Program-made: the position numbers and the translations under genes
Assembly: GCA_964016885.1 (NCBI GenBank)
Contig: OZ024741.1
Coordinates: forward strand, 372,496,001 to 372,560,000
Reading direction: 5' to 3'
Length of the DNA stretch: 64,000 nucleotides
Origin: Eledone cirrhosa
Lineage: Eukaryota
The notes under the pieces: generated by a model
The model's database searches: none
What the model was told of the DNA's origin: nothing
Seen by the model: only the letters and a program-made list of their open reading frames with translations
Part shown: piece after piece, positions 63,981-64,000 of the stretch
How the letters are laid out: each line of letters opens with the position of its first letter
Position numbering within the stretch: the first letter of the stretch is position 1

Positions 63981-64000
63981 AGAAACACTAGACTTACTGC

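Overview
Repeat-dominated, AT-rich animal genomic DNA, most likely an octopus or other coleoid cephalopod (inferred from the SINE types, the extreme microsatellite load and a long C2H2 exon; not proven). One credible host gene is present: a 15-finger C2H2 zinc-finger ORF on the minus strand at 61056-63980, open to the window edge. Retroelements include a near-full-length but disrupted RTE LINE with C-terminal zinc fingers, two ORF-less derivatives of it, CRE, Rex3-like, CR1-like and Gypsy fragments, and about 20 tRNA-derived SINE copies. DNA transposons include two Helitrons and hAT, mariner, Tc2 and piggyBac-like MITEs, many with intact TSDs. Several satellites are also present. Most long ORFs in the track are microsatellite artefacts. 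The main unannotated signals are: (1) a dispersed set of minimal type I hammerhead ribozyme motifs of the Penelope-like pseudo-LTR kind, some inside fold-back palindromes flanked by (TA)n, including a 490-bp hairpin with a complete hammerhead on each strand and copies with the compensatory U3-A8 core; (2) a 3.6-kb satellite built from the Pol III A-box head of a SINE and still fused to that SINE's body; (3) an RTE system that disperses C2H2 fingers. All family assignments are by eye and need database confirmation.
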